From contig CAVWIG010000018.1 of NCBI GenBank assembly GCA_963754945.1, positions 64,001-128,000 on the forward strand: a DNA stretch of 64,000 nt, written 5' to 3'. Under the pieces are notes generated by a model. The model was not told the DNA's origin and ran no database searches. It saw only the letters and a program-made list of their open reading frames with translations. Position numbers and translations under genes: made by a program. Shown one piece after another: positions 42,307 to 52,415 of this stretch (the stretch's first letter is position 1; the number at the start of each line of letters is the position of its first letter). The stretch is from Methanotrichaceae archaeon (lineage in GTDB: Archaea > Halobacteriota > Methanosarcinia > Methanotrichales > Methanotrichaceae).

Positions 42307-42486
42307 GAGAAGATAAACTATAGATTTAAATACTATCTAAAAACTGTAATTATTTCTTCTATTTTCTCAACCGTATATCAGTGATTGATTATGCCCACAT
42401 ATTCCTCATTTAATTAGAAAATTAATAAGAAACTGGTAAAGTATTTATATAACTTCTTCTTAATCATTATATCATGAACTTAAATT

Positions 42487-44322
42487 TTGATGGGGTGTAT
42501 AGCAATGAATGATAAAAGGGAGGGAGGATGGGCGGTCGGCCGAGCAATACGGATGTCCCTCGTGCTGGCTTTCCTGTTCCTGTTCGCCTCAGGAGCAAAT
42601 GCCTTTGATACCATTATTGTGAATCCCGGAGACTCTATTACAGGAAAAATAGCTAGTGCCGGATTTGGGGATACTGTACAAGTCAATCCAGGAACATACA
42701 CTGAAGATGTAGTGATCAATCAGGGCGTCATTTTAAGGGGCGTGGACAACCCAACGCTGACCAACGCCTCTCCTGGGAAGAACGTAATCGAAATAAGAAC
42801 CGCCGGGGTAACGGTCACAGGATTCAACATAACCGGATCCTCGGTCGCAGGAATCCTCGTAAATGGTAGCCCAGACCTCGACACAACCAAACCGGTAGTG
42901 GTCTACAATAACATATACGACAACGGCGTCGGTCTTGAGAATACTTTAACAGAGTTTCCGACAGACGCATACCGAAACTTCTGGGGAAAGTACGGCAGCG
43001 GCGCGGAGAAAGGCAAGCCTGGAGCGGGTTCTGGGACCCACGTCAACAACGACGTTGACATACATACAGTGAATTATGAACCCTGGCTCACTGCTTATTC
43101 AATCGATGGCAATTACACGGATGCCCTTCACCAACCGGGCTGCGATCTAACGAACATGCTCATACTAAATAACTCTGAGGCTGGGATTGATGTGGTGATC
43201 TCAGGAGGAAGTATCCAATTTGACGAAATAACCAATATGGGTTCTGCCCTCTACAATGCTTCGCCCTATCACGGCTCAGTGGCTTTGCCAGGAACTGCAG
43301 TAAAATACTATGACGTTTACGTAAAGAACTATTTCGGAGGCAGTTCTGCTGTAGCCTCGATGGATATAGACTATAGCAATGTCGTAAACCCCGGAGTTCT
43401 GGAGGATACCCTGACGCCTTACGTGCTGCACGACTCCAGATGGGAAGCCGCAAGCAATGTGGTGGTAGACAGCGTTCACCAGAAGGTACACGGAACCTTC
43501 CCAGTTTCGGTGCTCGACGGCTCGCCCATCGCTCTGGTAGGCCAGAGCTACAAAGTCACAATATTACCACACGCAACCCCGAACATACCAATATCGCAAA
43601 AGCCTGTGTTCTCCACGTTCATGATTGAATCGGTGGATGATATCGAAGCAGTTTATTATCAGCTGGACGGCCACAGCAGTGTCGGCTGGAATCCGATCTT
43701 GAGTGGCACTGGCATTGGCACCCTCGTCTGGGAGAACCCCGGATGGACCATCACCGATGGAGAATGGGCGAATGTGACCAACGGCACCCACACATTCTAC
43801 TTCAAGTTCACGACTACTAGCTCTGCAGTGGGGGTGAATGGAGAGATAAGCTGGCAATTCACTAAAGGGGGCGTAGTTCCACCAGTCAGCCCGATTGTTA
43901 TCACCAGCCCAAAGGCCGGCGACACGCTGACCAGGACTCCCTGGTTGATAACCTGGACAATGCCTTCACCGGAGAACGTGCTGTCAGTTGACCTATGGTT
44001 CGCTAGGGACGGGGACTTCACCATGAGGGGAGGTTTGAACAACCCGCTCCACCTGGTAACTCTGGGAGGGGATACAAGCTACCTGTGGAGGTCGCCGAAC
44101 TTCCGGACCGACACGGCAAAGATTGCAGCGGTTGTAATATACAACGACGGAACTCAGTTCGTAGGAATCAGCGACAACTTCAGCCTAGCCAAGGGATACT
44201 CTTTCCACGCCTACAAGCCGACTCCCAAGACGCCCTGGCAGTTAGGCTCAGGCATTTCCCATGCTGTAGTAGTCCTAGGATCGTGGTTCAAAAAACCGCA
44301 TATCCCATACGTCATCGGATGA
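42487..44322 (+). CDS. secreted/cell-surface protein (beta-helix N-terminus, Ig-like domains)
   Basis: Signal peptide, GDTVQVNPGTY.E.V; T/N/G-rich beta domains. Confidence 0.7.
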   Translation: MMGCIAMNDKREGGWAVGRAIRMSLVLAFLFLFASGANAFDTIIVNPGDSITGKIASAGFGDTVQVNPGTYTEDVVINQGVILRGVDNPTLTNASPGKNVIEIRTAGVTVTGFNITGSSVAGILVNGSPDLDTTKPVVVYNNIYDNGVGLENTLTEFPTDAYRNFWGKYGSGAEKGKPGAGSGTHVNNDVDIHTVNYEPWLTAYSIDGNYTDALHQPGCDLTNMLILNNSEAGIDVVISGGSIQFDEITNMGSALYNASPYHGSVALPGTAVKYYDVYVKNYFGGSSAVASMDIDYSNVVNPGVLEDTLTPYVLHDSRWEAASNVVVDSVHQKVHGTFPVSVLDGSPIALVGQSYKVTILPHATPNIPISQKPVFSTFMIESVDDIEAVYYQLDGHSSVGWNPILSGTGIGTLVWENPGWTITDGEWANVTNGTHTFYFKFTTTSSAVGVNGEISWQFTKGGVVPPVSPIVITSPKAGDTLTRTPWLITWTMPSPENVLSVDLWFARDGDFTMRGGLNNPLHLVTLGGDTSYLWRSPNFRTDTAKIAAVVIYNDGTQFVGISDNFSLAKGYSFHAYKPTPKTPWQLGSGISHAVVVLGSWFKKPHIPYVIG

Positions 44323-44329
44323 ACCGATC

Positions 44330-44360
44330 GGCCCACAGCCCTGTGGGCCCTCTTATTTTC
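44330..44360 (+). terminator. GC hairpin plus T-rich tract
   Basis: GGCCCACAG-CC-CTGTGGGCC followed by CTCTTATTTT. Confidence 0.55.
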
Positions 44361-44512
44361 CTCGTTTTTCGGCCTAGGTCTCAGGTTCTATTAGTTGCAT
44401 AATTGTCTTGAGCTGAGCTTAGCAGACCATCTCGTCTTTAATGAATCCGTGTATCGAAGACGGATGCTTCACAATGAGATTAGGAACCTAATTTAAAAAG
44501 GATTAAGAGGAA

Positions 44513-44812
44513 TTAGAGCAGATCGAGGGCCTCCTTGCCTGACATCCCTACCTTTATTCCCAGACTTGCTGCGGCGTCGTTGGCATCTTTTATCACTCCG
44601 TCCAACAGGTCGTCTATCGTGGCAATGGAGCTGCCGCGATTTGGTTTGACCCTGGCGGCTGGATAGCCGAAGTTGTTCAGGGCGGTCACGTCAAAGGCCC
44701 CGCAGCCAACCATTCCCACGTCGGTAACCACATTGACCAGGTTGACCTTGCCTAGAGGGATGACGTACCCGTCGGCCTGTTTCCTGGCCAACTGTACTTT
44801 TGTGTGAATCAT
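44513..44812 (-). CDS. YunC/DUF1805 family protein
   Basis: VGCGAFDV, LGIKVGMSGKEAL; true start MIHTKV. Confidence 0.85.
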   Translation of the reverse strand: MIHTKVQLARKQADGYVIPLGKVNLVNVVTDVGMVGCGAFDVTALNNFGYPAARVKPNRGSSIATIDDLLDGVIKDANDAAASLGIKVGMSGKEALDLL

Positions 44813-45248
44813 CTCAATAGCCTCTCTTAGTTTTTCTCCTCTTCGAGTCGCCACTGTTCCAGCTGCTTGATTTGTACAGTTCTGGCATAGAAAGATGATA
44901 AAGGCTCTGTTTCGGGCAACAACCGTTCTAACCAGCGATGAAGATGAATGGCTTAAATGCCAGCCTCTGCCGGGCTGCATCCTTATGACATTCCCCTCGC
45001 ACGGCCTGTTGCAGTGTCTCCAATCATTGAAATAGGTGTTTAGAATTGAGTTAGATAAGTACATCACACAGTTTCGGTCCTGGGGAGTGGTCCAGGCCGA
45101 AGACGTGACCAAGTTCAGCGTGGCCTCTTGAGAACTCTGCGCTAGAAAGATCTTCGTCCTCTGGCAATCAGTAGAACTCCGTCCTGAGAAGCCTAGGGGA
45201 GATCAAGGCCCTCCGATACGCCAGCCGAGGATAAAGTTAAGGCATCAA

Positions 45249-45316
45249 CGATTCTCATCCCCTCAAGACAAGTCATGAAGATTCTCTACAGATATTCATG
45301 TGCGGGGATGAGAATC
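45249..45316. repeat. long inverted repeat whose left arm matches the SRP RNA gene (17 bp)
   Basis: CGATTCTCATCCCC...GGGGATGAGAATCG; ATTCTCATCCCCTCAAG also at 59560-59576. Confidence 0.7.
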
Positions 45317-45766
45317 GATACATCTTTGACCCCATCCGTATGCTCTTGAATCTCCGGGAGTTTTCAGTTGATACACTATTATTTTACAACAAAAAGATAT
45401 TTATAATAGAAAACAATAGATATACTTGAAAGGGTTGAAACCCTTTCCGCGAGATGGGAACTGGGATGTAGCAAGGAGGAAAAGTTGGACCGTTTCGCAG
45501 GGCCTCGGTATTGGATTGGGCTGATACTGATCCAGGTACTCGGCCCTCGCTGCGGTTTAAATATGCTGCGCGTCGATAAATCAATTCCTAAGTTAATTAA
45601 CCTAATTAAAAACAAAAGATAGATATAGAAGTAGGTTATAACCTTAAATTGTCGGCGAGAAGTGGTCCTCCTTAAATCTTCTCACCCTCCTCCTAATTAT
45701 CAATGAGAGTTTCGAAAAACTAATCAATCGAAATACTTATATACTATTAATACTATAATATAATGC

Positions 45767-46828
45767 ATGAGGACTCTCATTGATTTTGCCATTCGAGCAG
45801 AATATGCTCGAGTAAAAGCCCTCGGAGATGATCTATCCGAGATCGGATCGTTGATCAATTGGGAGCGTTTCAGATTTTTGGAACCATTGATATACAAAAA
45901 TAAAACTAGCCGCGGAGGTCGTCCGAACATTGACATCGTGATTATGGTGAAAGCTCTCGTAATTCAGCATTGGTTTGGTCTAACAGATCCAGAACTGGAG
46001 CGACAGGTTGCGGATAGGATCTCTTTTCGTATTTTCCTTGGCACCACTGAAGTAATTCCTGATTTCAGCACAGTTTGGCTATTCCGTGAACGTTTGATTA
46101 AGTGCGACGTATACGATGATCTTTGGAATGAGCTTCAAAGGCAGCTCGATGAGATGGGGTTTACTGTAAAGAATGGCACTATCCAGGATGCAACCTTCAT
46201 AACTTCGGACCCAGGTCGGAAGAGGAACAAGAAAGACGAGCAAGGCGGGGACAAAAAGGAAGGTCAAGATTCCGAAGCCACCAGTACGAGCCTGAATCAG
46301 GAGTTTGATAAAGAGCTAATTGGTATTTCAAATAATATTATTGATGACAAGGCCAAACCACAGAGACTCGAAGAAGAGCCAATAAATGAGGGAAGTTGGG
46401 CAAAAAAGGGTGTCAAATCCTTTTTCGGATATAAAGGTCATATCTCAATCGATACCAATTACCACCTTATCAGATATTTTGAGACTACAACTGCTTCTGT
46501 ACACGATAGTCAGGTAGATCTTGGAATTGAAGGGCTACCACGTTACGCCGATAAGGGATATGATGGTGCAAAAACTCGAGGATATGATGCAGCCATGAAA
46601 AAAGCTACAAGAGGTCACAAGCTTGGAATCATAGATCTTCTGAGGAATAAGAGAATCAGTAAAACGCGATCGCACATCGAAAGATGCTTCGCTGTTATGA
46701 AGCGGGGGCATAAGGGAGCACATGTTTATGTAACAACTGTCGCAAGAGCTGGAGTAAAATTCATGATGAATTCGGTCGTTTACAACCTGGAACAGTTGAA
46801 ATATTTAGTGCATAAACAAACAGCCTAG
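45767..46828 (+). CDS. IS5-family transposase
   Basis: GGRP, PDFSTVWLFRE, QDAT, FGYKGH, ADKGY, IERCF. Confidence 0.93.
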   Translation: MRTLIDFAIRAEYARVKALGDDLSEIGSLINWERFRFLEPLIYKNKTSRGGRPNIDIVIMVKALVIQHWFGLTDPELERQVADRISFRIFLGTTEVIPDFSTVWLFRERLIKCDVYDDLWNELQRQLDEMGFTVKNGTIQDATFITSDPGRKRNKKDEQGGDKKEGQDSEATSTSLNQEFDKELIGISNNIIDDKAKPQRLEEEPINEGSWAKKGVKSFFGYKGHISIDTNYHLIRYFETTTASVHDSQVDLGIEGLPRYADKGYDGAKTRGYDAAMKKATRGHKLGIIDLLRNKRISKTRSHIERCFAVMKRGHKGAHVYVTTVARAGVKFMMNSVVYNLEQLKYLVHKQTA

Positions 46829-46973
46829 CGGAAGCTCTCTAAAAAAGCGCAAAAATTAGAAACAACAAGGTAAATTGAAATCTAATAAGCCAATTTAGGG
46901 GTGAAATATGCTAAAAAACCACTATAAAGATTGAAAATATTAACGCAAGAATTTAAGGCTTCATTAACCAACA

Positions 46974-48062
46974 TAGGACTTACGCAGTTGAAGCATTCGA
47001 CAATGAATAAATAGGATATTTTATATACTCGCGAATTGCCTCACGAATAATTCTTCGCTTAGATTCGAACCAACTCATTCCCATTCTAAGCCTTTCTACT
47101 TCTAATCTGAGAAACGCTCTCAGGGAGAACATTATGTGTGCTCTCTGGGACTGACTTTTTCTTGCTTGACAGCTTTCGACTCCACAGAATTGCTTTATTC
47201 CCCTGTGATATTCCTCAATCTTCCAGGAATATCCACCAATTTTTTCGCGTTTAGCTTCGTCCATCTCCAGCACGTCAGTTGCCCAGTATCCTATGTCGCC
47301 GTCATTAGAGACTATCTTGAATACTTTTATAAAACCATAAGCTTTTAAATGCACATCCCTGCCTTGCAGCGGTATCTCTATCTCCTGGATTTGCATGTTT
47401 TTTGTGTTATCTGGATTCACCAGCCTATTTTTCTTCAATCGGGTCAGCCAGTGCCATCCAGACTTCCGTATGGTTTTGAGATTATCTACACTGGCGTACC
47501 AGCTATCGAAGAGAACAATACGGGGCTGAAAACTTCGTTCTTTTGCTTTGGCAAGCATATCCCGAAAATGATCATTTTTTGTCTTGCCGTCAACATCTAT
47601 ATCGTAGATTCGGAAATCAACGGGAATTATGGCGTTTCCATCTGTCCACAGCAACGTACAAATATTGATTCCATTCACCAGTCGATGCTGTTTTCCACTC
47701 CATTGATGATAAACTAGGCTCATATTTTTGGCATACGGCTTGTCCAACGTCGTATCGTCAATTACCAAGAAACCATTTTGAGGCTGAACAATATTCTTTA
47801 CTTCATTCCACAACGTATCCGTATCTGGAGGCTGTCTTTGTAGAAGACGGGTAAATGCATCATGCGATGAACTATTTTCTCCGACTGGCTGACACCTTGC
47901 GGCTTCGGTACAGGTAAAAACATCTACTGATGCTATCAGAAAGTGAATATAATCAAGATCATCGCACTTGGAAGGATTCAAGTTCAGCCCTATTCCATTT
48001 ATTTGTAGGTCTTAATATAGTCCATGCAATATAAGAAGATTCTGCCAAGTGCGTAAGTCCTA
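46974..48062 (-). mobile_element. IS701-family element inserted in the right end of IS5
   Basis: TIRs TAGGACTTACGCA; duplicated CCAACA seen by comparison with the uninterrupted IS5 copy. Confidence 0.92.
46980..47981 (-). CDS. IS701-family transposase
   Basis: IDDTTLDK, FDSWY, WKIEEYHRGIKQ. Confidence 0.92.
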   Translation of the reverse strand: MNPSKCDDLDYIHFLIASVDVFTCTEAARCQPVGENSSSHDAFTRLLQRQPPDTDTLWNEVKNIVQPQNGFLVIDDTTLDKPYAKNMSLVYHQWSGKQHRLVNGINICTLLWTDGNAIIPVDFRIYDIDVDGKTKNDHFRDMLAKAKERSFQPRIVLFDSWYASVDNLKTIRKSGWHWLTRLKKNRLVNPDNTKNMQIQEIEIPLQGRDVHLKAYGFIKVFKIVSNDGDIGYWATDVLEMDEAKREKIGGYSWKIEEYHRGIKQFCGVESCQARKSQSQRAHIMFSLRAFLRLEVERLRMGMSWFESKRRIIREAIREYIKYPIYSLSNASTA

Positions 48063-48372
48063 CCAACACTAAATCGAAACCCTCCAATGTTTATTCTGCT
48101 TCGAGATTCTCAATTGCTTTTGTTACGTCGTAGATGGATCGTTAGCAATTGCATCAGCTCTCTGAGCGCTTAAAGTATTGAGCGTATCGCATGATCTATC
48201 TACTCAGTACTCTGTTTGTGTAAGCAGTCGCTCCAAGTAACTCAGTCGATCTAGTTATGGGTAGCGCTAGCAATTTTGTTTGGGGGCTAGAAAAATTCTT
48301 ATATTACAAATATACTTAGATTAGTAAGCGAACTACGGTGTCGAGTGGACTATAATTTCCCGGTGAAAAGCA

Positions 48373-49038
48373 ATGGTAAATAAAAAGAAGATCAGATCTT
48401 TAACCCTATATATTTGCGCAATGCTAACCATAAATGTATTTCTCATCTCATCGATAAGCGCGATGGAATATTCGTTCTACAACGGAACTTATTTTTCGGT
48501 TGAATATCCTGTAACAGGGCAGGTTGAAGAAAACAACACTAGCTTAAATTTCTCTGATGAAAATACGGGTCATTATGTTTCCATCGAGACAGGGAAAAAC
48601 TATCCGACCATCGCTATACTAAATAATTATAGCACTTTTGTTAATGGATCACTTGATGAAATGACCATGCATTTCCTCGAGACGCTAAAATTTAAGTCGC
48701 AAGTAACAAGCCCCGGAACTGGCGGCAAAGAAAATACTAATAATACTCAAGTAATGAGCCCTTACCAAAAAGAAAATGCAAAAAGTTGGAATGACAGGGG
48801 CGTTGATCTCTATGCTCAAGGCAAGTACGATGAGGCATTAAAATGCTATGATAAAGCCATTGAGCTCGATCCACAATTTTCACCGGCCTGGAACAATAAA
48901 GACGCAGCTCTTTTTGCCTTAAATCAGAGGATAAAAATGCATGGCATAGCGAAGGCTTCGCTCTCAAGACGCTCGGTTACACGGTTCAGTCCTATCCACA
49001 ACTCTTTTCATGAATTGCCCTATATTGCTATAGGCTAG
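48373..49038 (+). CDS. secreted protein with TPR, probably truncated
   Basis: Signal peptide, AKSWNDRG..YDEALKCYDKAIELDP TPR, then non-TPR tail. Confidence 0.7.
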   Translation: MVNKKKIRSLTLYICAMLTINVFLISSISAMEYSFYNGTYFSVEYPVTGQVEENNTSLNFSDENTGHYVSIETGKNYPTIAILNNYSTFVNGSLDEMTMHFLETLKFKSQVTSPGTGGKENTNNTQVMSPYQKENAKSWNDRGVDLYAQGKYDEALKCYDKAIELDPQFSPAWNNKDAALFALNQRIKMHGIAKASLSRRSVTRFSPIHNSFHELPYIAIG

Positions 49039-49493
49039 TGAGATGAAGGCAAGGTCATTGTGAGCTTACTGGTAATCTCTGGAATGGTACTATGAGTAGG
49101 CAACCTCGTATCGTTGGGATCATCGGATTATTCCAGATATTCTCTAAGTTGCTATATCTCATCCAGGTATCATTCAAGTTGCTTTAGCTCTTCCGCGGTG
49201 AAGCAATCATCTATGCTCTCCCTATTGTATTCCTGTTGTCACTCTTCCTCGGTGAAACCGCATTGTTCTACTCGTGCCTTATCCATATCCGCCGCTATCT
49301 TAGGGTCATAACCAAAAATCAATTCTTCATAAGGCAGTTGTAATTGTAATGCCTTCTCTCTCCCTGTAACATACCAATAGAGTTTCAATTGACCATATCT
49401 GAAATGATCAAAAAGGGAATAAGCTCCGTAGAGCTTAATTGAACAAGGATGGAGTCTACGCCATGCTTCTAAACCAGCCAGGGAGACTAGCAA
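48940..49493 (-). pseudogene. degraded ORF of unknown function
   Basis: Protein-like frame continues through several in-frame stops past 49239. Confidence 0.35.
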
Positions 49494-49761
49494 AAAGCCT
49501 TGATTTCACAAATGCAAACTTAGCATCTTCTTTAAGTACTTAAAGATATGAATTATCATTGGAGGATAATTGAGGCGGATTCTTGCTCCGTTGATAGTTC
49601 TGCTCATGGCGCAGCGGGAGTAAGGGGGCATCCTATGAAGCCTAACGATGGTTTCTGCCCGATCCGTACGGGATACATGTAGACTATATCTGCTAAAGTA
49701 TTAATTTGATACTTACGGATCTGATACGAAAACATTGGTTTGTCAAACAAAGGAGGAAATC

Positions 49762-50398
49762 TATGAAAAACAAAATAATTGTATTGAGCGACATCCACAT
49801 CGGTGACAATTCGCCGACTTGTTGGTATCAAAAAAGCGTTCATGAACAGTATTTGCTGACAATTCTCGATTGGGTTGTGACAAATGCCGCGAATGTGAGC
49901 GAACTCATCTTGGCAGGTGATGTTGTTGATACCTGGACCTATCCGTTCAATGTTCAACCGCCTAGTTTCGCAACGATCGCCTCGAAAAACCCTAACGTTT
50001 TCGGGCTGCAAGGAGGGCTGGCAAGCGTTCTCGATGCTCTAGGCGGAGCCGTGACGTACATCCCTGGAAATCACGACATGTTAGTAACCGAAGCTGATGT
50101 TGCCTCAGTCACGAGCCCAGGCGGACATCATCTCCGGTTCTCCAGAAAAAATTACAATCCGGGGGGCGATTCGCGCATACTTGTGATGCATGGCAACGAT
50201 TTCACGATGTTCAACGCTCCCGATTTGACTACCAAGTGGGCCCCATTACCTGTCGGACACTTTGTGACCCGGATTGTTGCCACGTATTGGCAATCTCACT
50301 TGCCACCCGGCAAAAATGTATCGGAAATCAGAGATCAAGGTTATCCCAATGGCGTAAACTTGCTGTCGATCATCGAAAATGTACTGAAGAATGTAAAT
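49762..50398 (+). pseudogene. calcineurin-like metallophosphoesterase truncated by IS insertion
   Basis: SDIH, GDVVD, GNHD, MHG motifs; C-terminal motifs absent. Confidence 0.75.
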
Positions 50399-51130
50399 GT
50401 ATCGTACTTGCTCAATATTACGTTGAATTCCCCAATCGAGTGAGTGCATGGACCAAAAATTATTAATACATATATCTAAAATATTTTGTTTGTGCCAGAT
50501 ATTATACACGAGGCCATAATCAACCTCGATGTAGACAAGATCAACTTCGACGATAAAGAAGCGATGAAAGAATTGATCCTCCAGCTTCTAAGCACAATAG
50601 AGCAATTAGCCCAGTCAAATCAAGAACTCCGCAAAGACAATCAACAGCTAAAGGATGAAATAAACCGGCTGAAAGGTGAGAAAGGCCGTCCTAAAATACT
50701 GCCGGACAATCCTGAATACCAGGCTAATGTGCCGAAGGAAAAACCCAAAAAATGGCATAAAGATAGCAAGAAACCAAAGATAAAAATCGACAGGACAGAA
50801 TACATTAAAATTGATAAATCGATTCTTCCACATGATGCCAAGCATAACGGCTATAGACGGGTCATAAAGCAGAACATAAAATTTGAAACCGACAACGTGG
50901 AATATTGGTTGGAACGCTACTATTCGCCGTCCCTGAAAAAGACCTATGAAGCAGAACTTGCCGAGTCCCTTAAGAACACGGAATTTGGAAGTCATCTGAA
51001 AGCATTCATCGCTTACCTCTACTATGCTGGAAGGGTTACTGAGAATAGGATCCACAAGATCCTAGAAGAGATCGGCATAATAATCTCGGAAGGCGAGATC
51101 TCAAACATACTGACCAAGGAAAAGAGCAAT
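50399..51130 (+). mobile_element. IS66-like transposase fragment cut by IS5 copy 2
   Basis: Coiled coil LKDEINRLKGEKGRP, QNIKF..NVEY..ERYYSP, ISEGEISNIL; left boundary approximate. Confidence 0.65.
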
Positions 51131-52415
51131 GAGAGTTTCGAAAAACTAATCAATCGAAATACTTATATACTATTAATACTATAATATAATGCATGAGGAC
51201 TCTCATTGATTTTGCCATTCGAGCAGAATATGCTCGAGTAAAAGCCCTCGGAGATGATCTATCCGAGATCGGATCGTTGATCAATTGGGAGCGTTTCAGA
51301 TTTTTGGAACCATTGATATACAAAAATAAAACTAGCCGCGGAGGTCGTCCGAACATTGACATCGTGATTATGGTGAAAGCTCTCGTAATTCAGCATTGGT
51401 TTGGTCTAACAGATCCAGAACTGGAGCGACAGGTTGCGGATAGGATCTCTTTTCGTATTTTCCTTGGCACCACTGAAGTAATTCCTGATTTCAGCACAGT
51501 TTGGCTATTCCGTGAACGTTTGATTAAGTGCGACGTATACGATGATCTTTGGAATGAGCTTCAAAGGCAGCTCGATGAGATGGGGTTTACTGTAAAGAAT
51601 GGCACTATCCAGGATGCAACCTTCATAACTTCGGACCCAGGTCGGAAGAGGAACAAGAAAGACGAGCAAGGCGGGGACAAAAAGGAAGGTCAAGATTCCG
51701 AAGCCACCAGTACGAGCCTGAATCAGGAGTTTGATAAAGAGCTAATTGGTATTTCAAATAATATTATTGATGACAAGGCCAAACCACAGAGACTCGAAGA
51801 AGAGCCAATAAATGAGGGAAGTTGGGCAAAAAAGGGTGTCAAATCCTTTTTCGGATATAAAGGTCATATCTCAATCGATACCAATTACCACCTTATCAGA
51901 TATTTTGAGACTACAACTGCTTCTGTACACGATAGTCAGGTAGATCTTGGAATTGAAGGGCTACCACGTTACGCCGATAAGGGATATGATGGTGCAAAAA
52001 CTCGAGGATATGATGCAGCCATGAAAAAAGCTACAAGAGGTCACAAGCTTGGAATCATAGATCTTCTGAGGAATAAGAGAATCAGTAAAACGCGATCGCA
52101 CATCGAAAGATGCTTCGCTGTTATGAAGCGGGGGCATAAGGGAGCACATGTTTATGTAACAACTGTCGCAAGAGCTGGAGTAAAATTCATGATGAATTCG
52201 GTCGTTTACAACCTGGAACAGTTGAAATATTTAGTGCATAAACAAACAGCCTAGCGGAAGCTCTCTAAAAAAGCGCAAAAATTAGAAACAACAAGGTAAA
52301 TTGAAATCTAATAAGCCAATTTAGGGGTGAAATATGCTAAAAAACCACTATAAAGATTGAAAATATTAACGCAAGAATTTAAGGCTTCATTAACCAACAC
52401 TAAATCGAAACCCTC
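51131..52415 (+). mobile_element. IS5-family element copy 2 (no TSD)
   Basis: Same TIRs; flanks CAAT / ATTA. Confidence 0.92.
51193..52254 (+). CDS. IS5-family transposase
   Basis: Identical translation to 45767-46828. Confidence 0.93.
   Translation: MRTLIDFAIRAEYARVKALGDDLSEIGSLINWERFRFLEPLIYKNKTSRGGRPNIDIVIMVKALVIQHWFGLTDPELERQVADRISFRIFLGTTEVIPDFSTVWLFRERLIKCDVYDDLWNELQRQLDEMGFTVKNGTIQDATFITSDPGRKRNKKDEQGGDKKEGQDSEATSTSLNQEFDKELIGISNNIIDDKAKPQRLEEEPINEGSWAKKGVKSFFGYKGHISIDTNYHLIRYFETTTASVHDSQVDLGIEGLPRYADKGYDGAKTRGYDAAMKKATRGHKLGIIDLLRNKRISKTRSHIERCFAVMKRGHKGAHVYVTTVARAGVKFMMNSVVYNLEQLKYLVHKQTA

Larger units (their letters stand above)
45705..48084 (+). mobile_element. IS5-family element copy 1 (contains IS701)
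   Basis: TIRs GAGAGTTTCGA/TCGAAACCCTC, TSD CAAT on both sides. Confidence 0.92.

Noticed and set aside
44813-45112. Extension of the YunC ORF to 199 aa
   Set aside because: Non-conserved upstream frame crossing the likely promoter
45429-45560. RNase P RNA or a known riboswitch
   Set aside because: Only a GAGGAA resemblance; the conserved P4 partner and riboswitch cores are absent
48940-49493. Stop-codon recoding (pyrrolysine/selenocysteine) in the interrupted ORF
   Set aside because: The stops are a mix of TGA, TAG and TAA, and no pyl/sel genes are in the window; decay is simpler
45705-52415. Composite IS5 transposon
   Set aside because: Outer flanks do not form a TSD, while copy 1 has its own TSD
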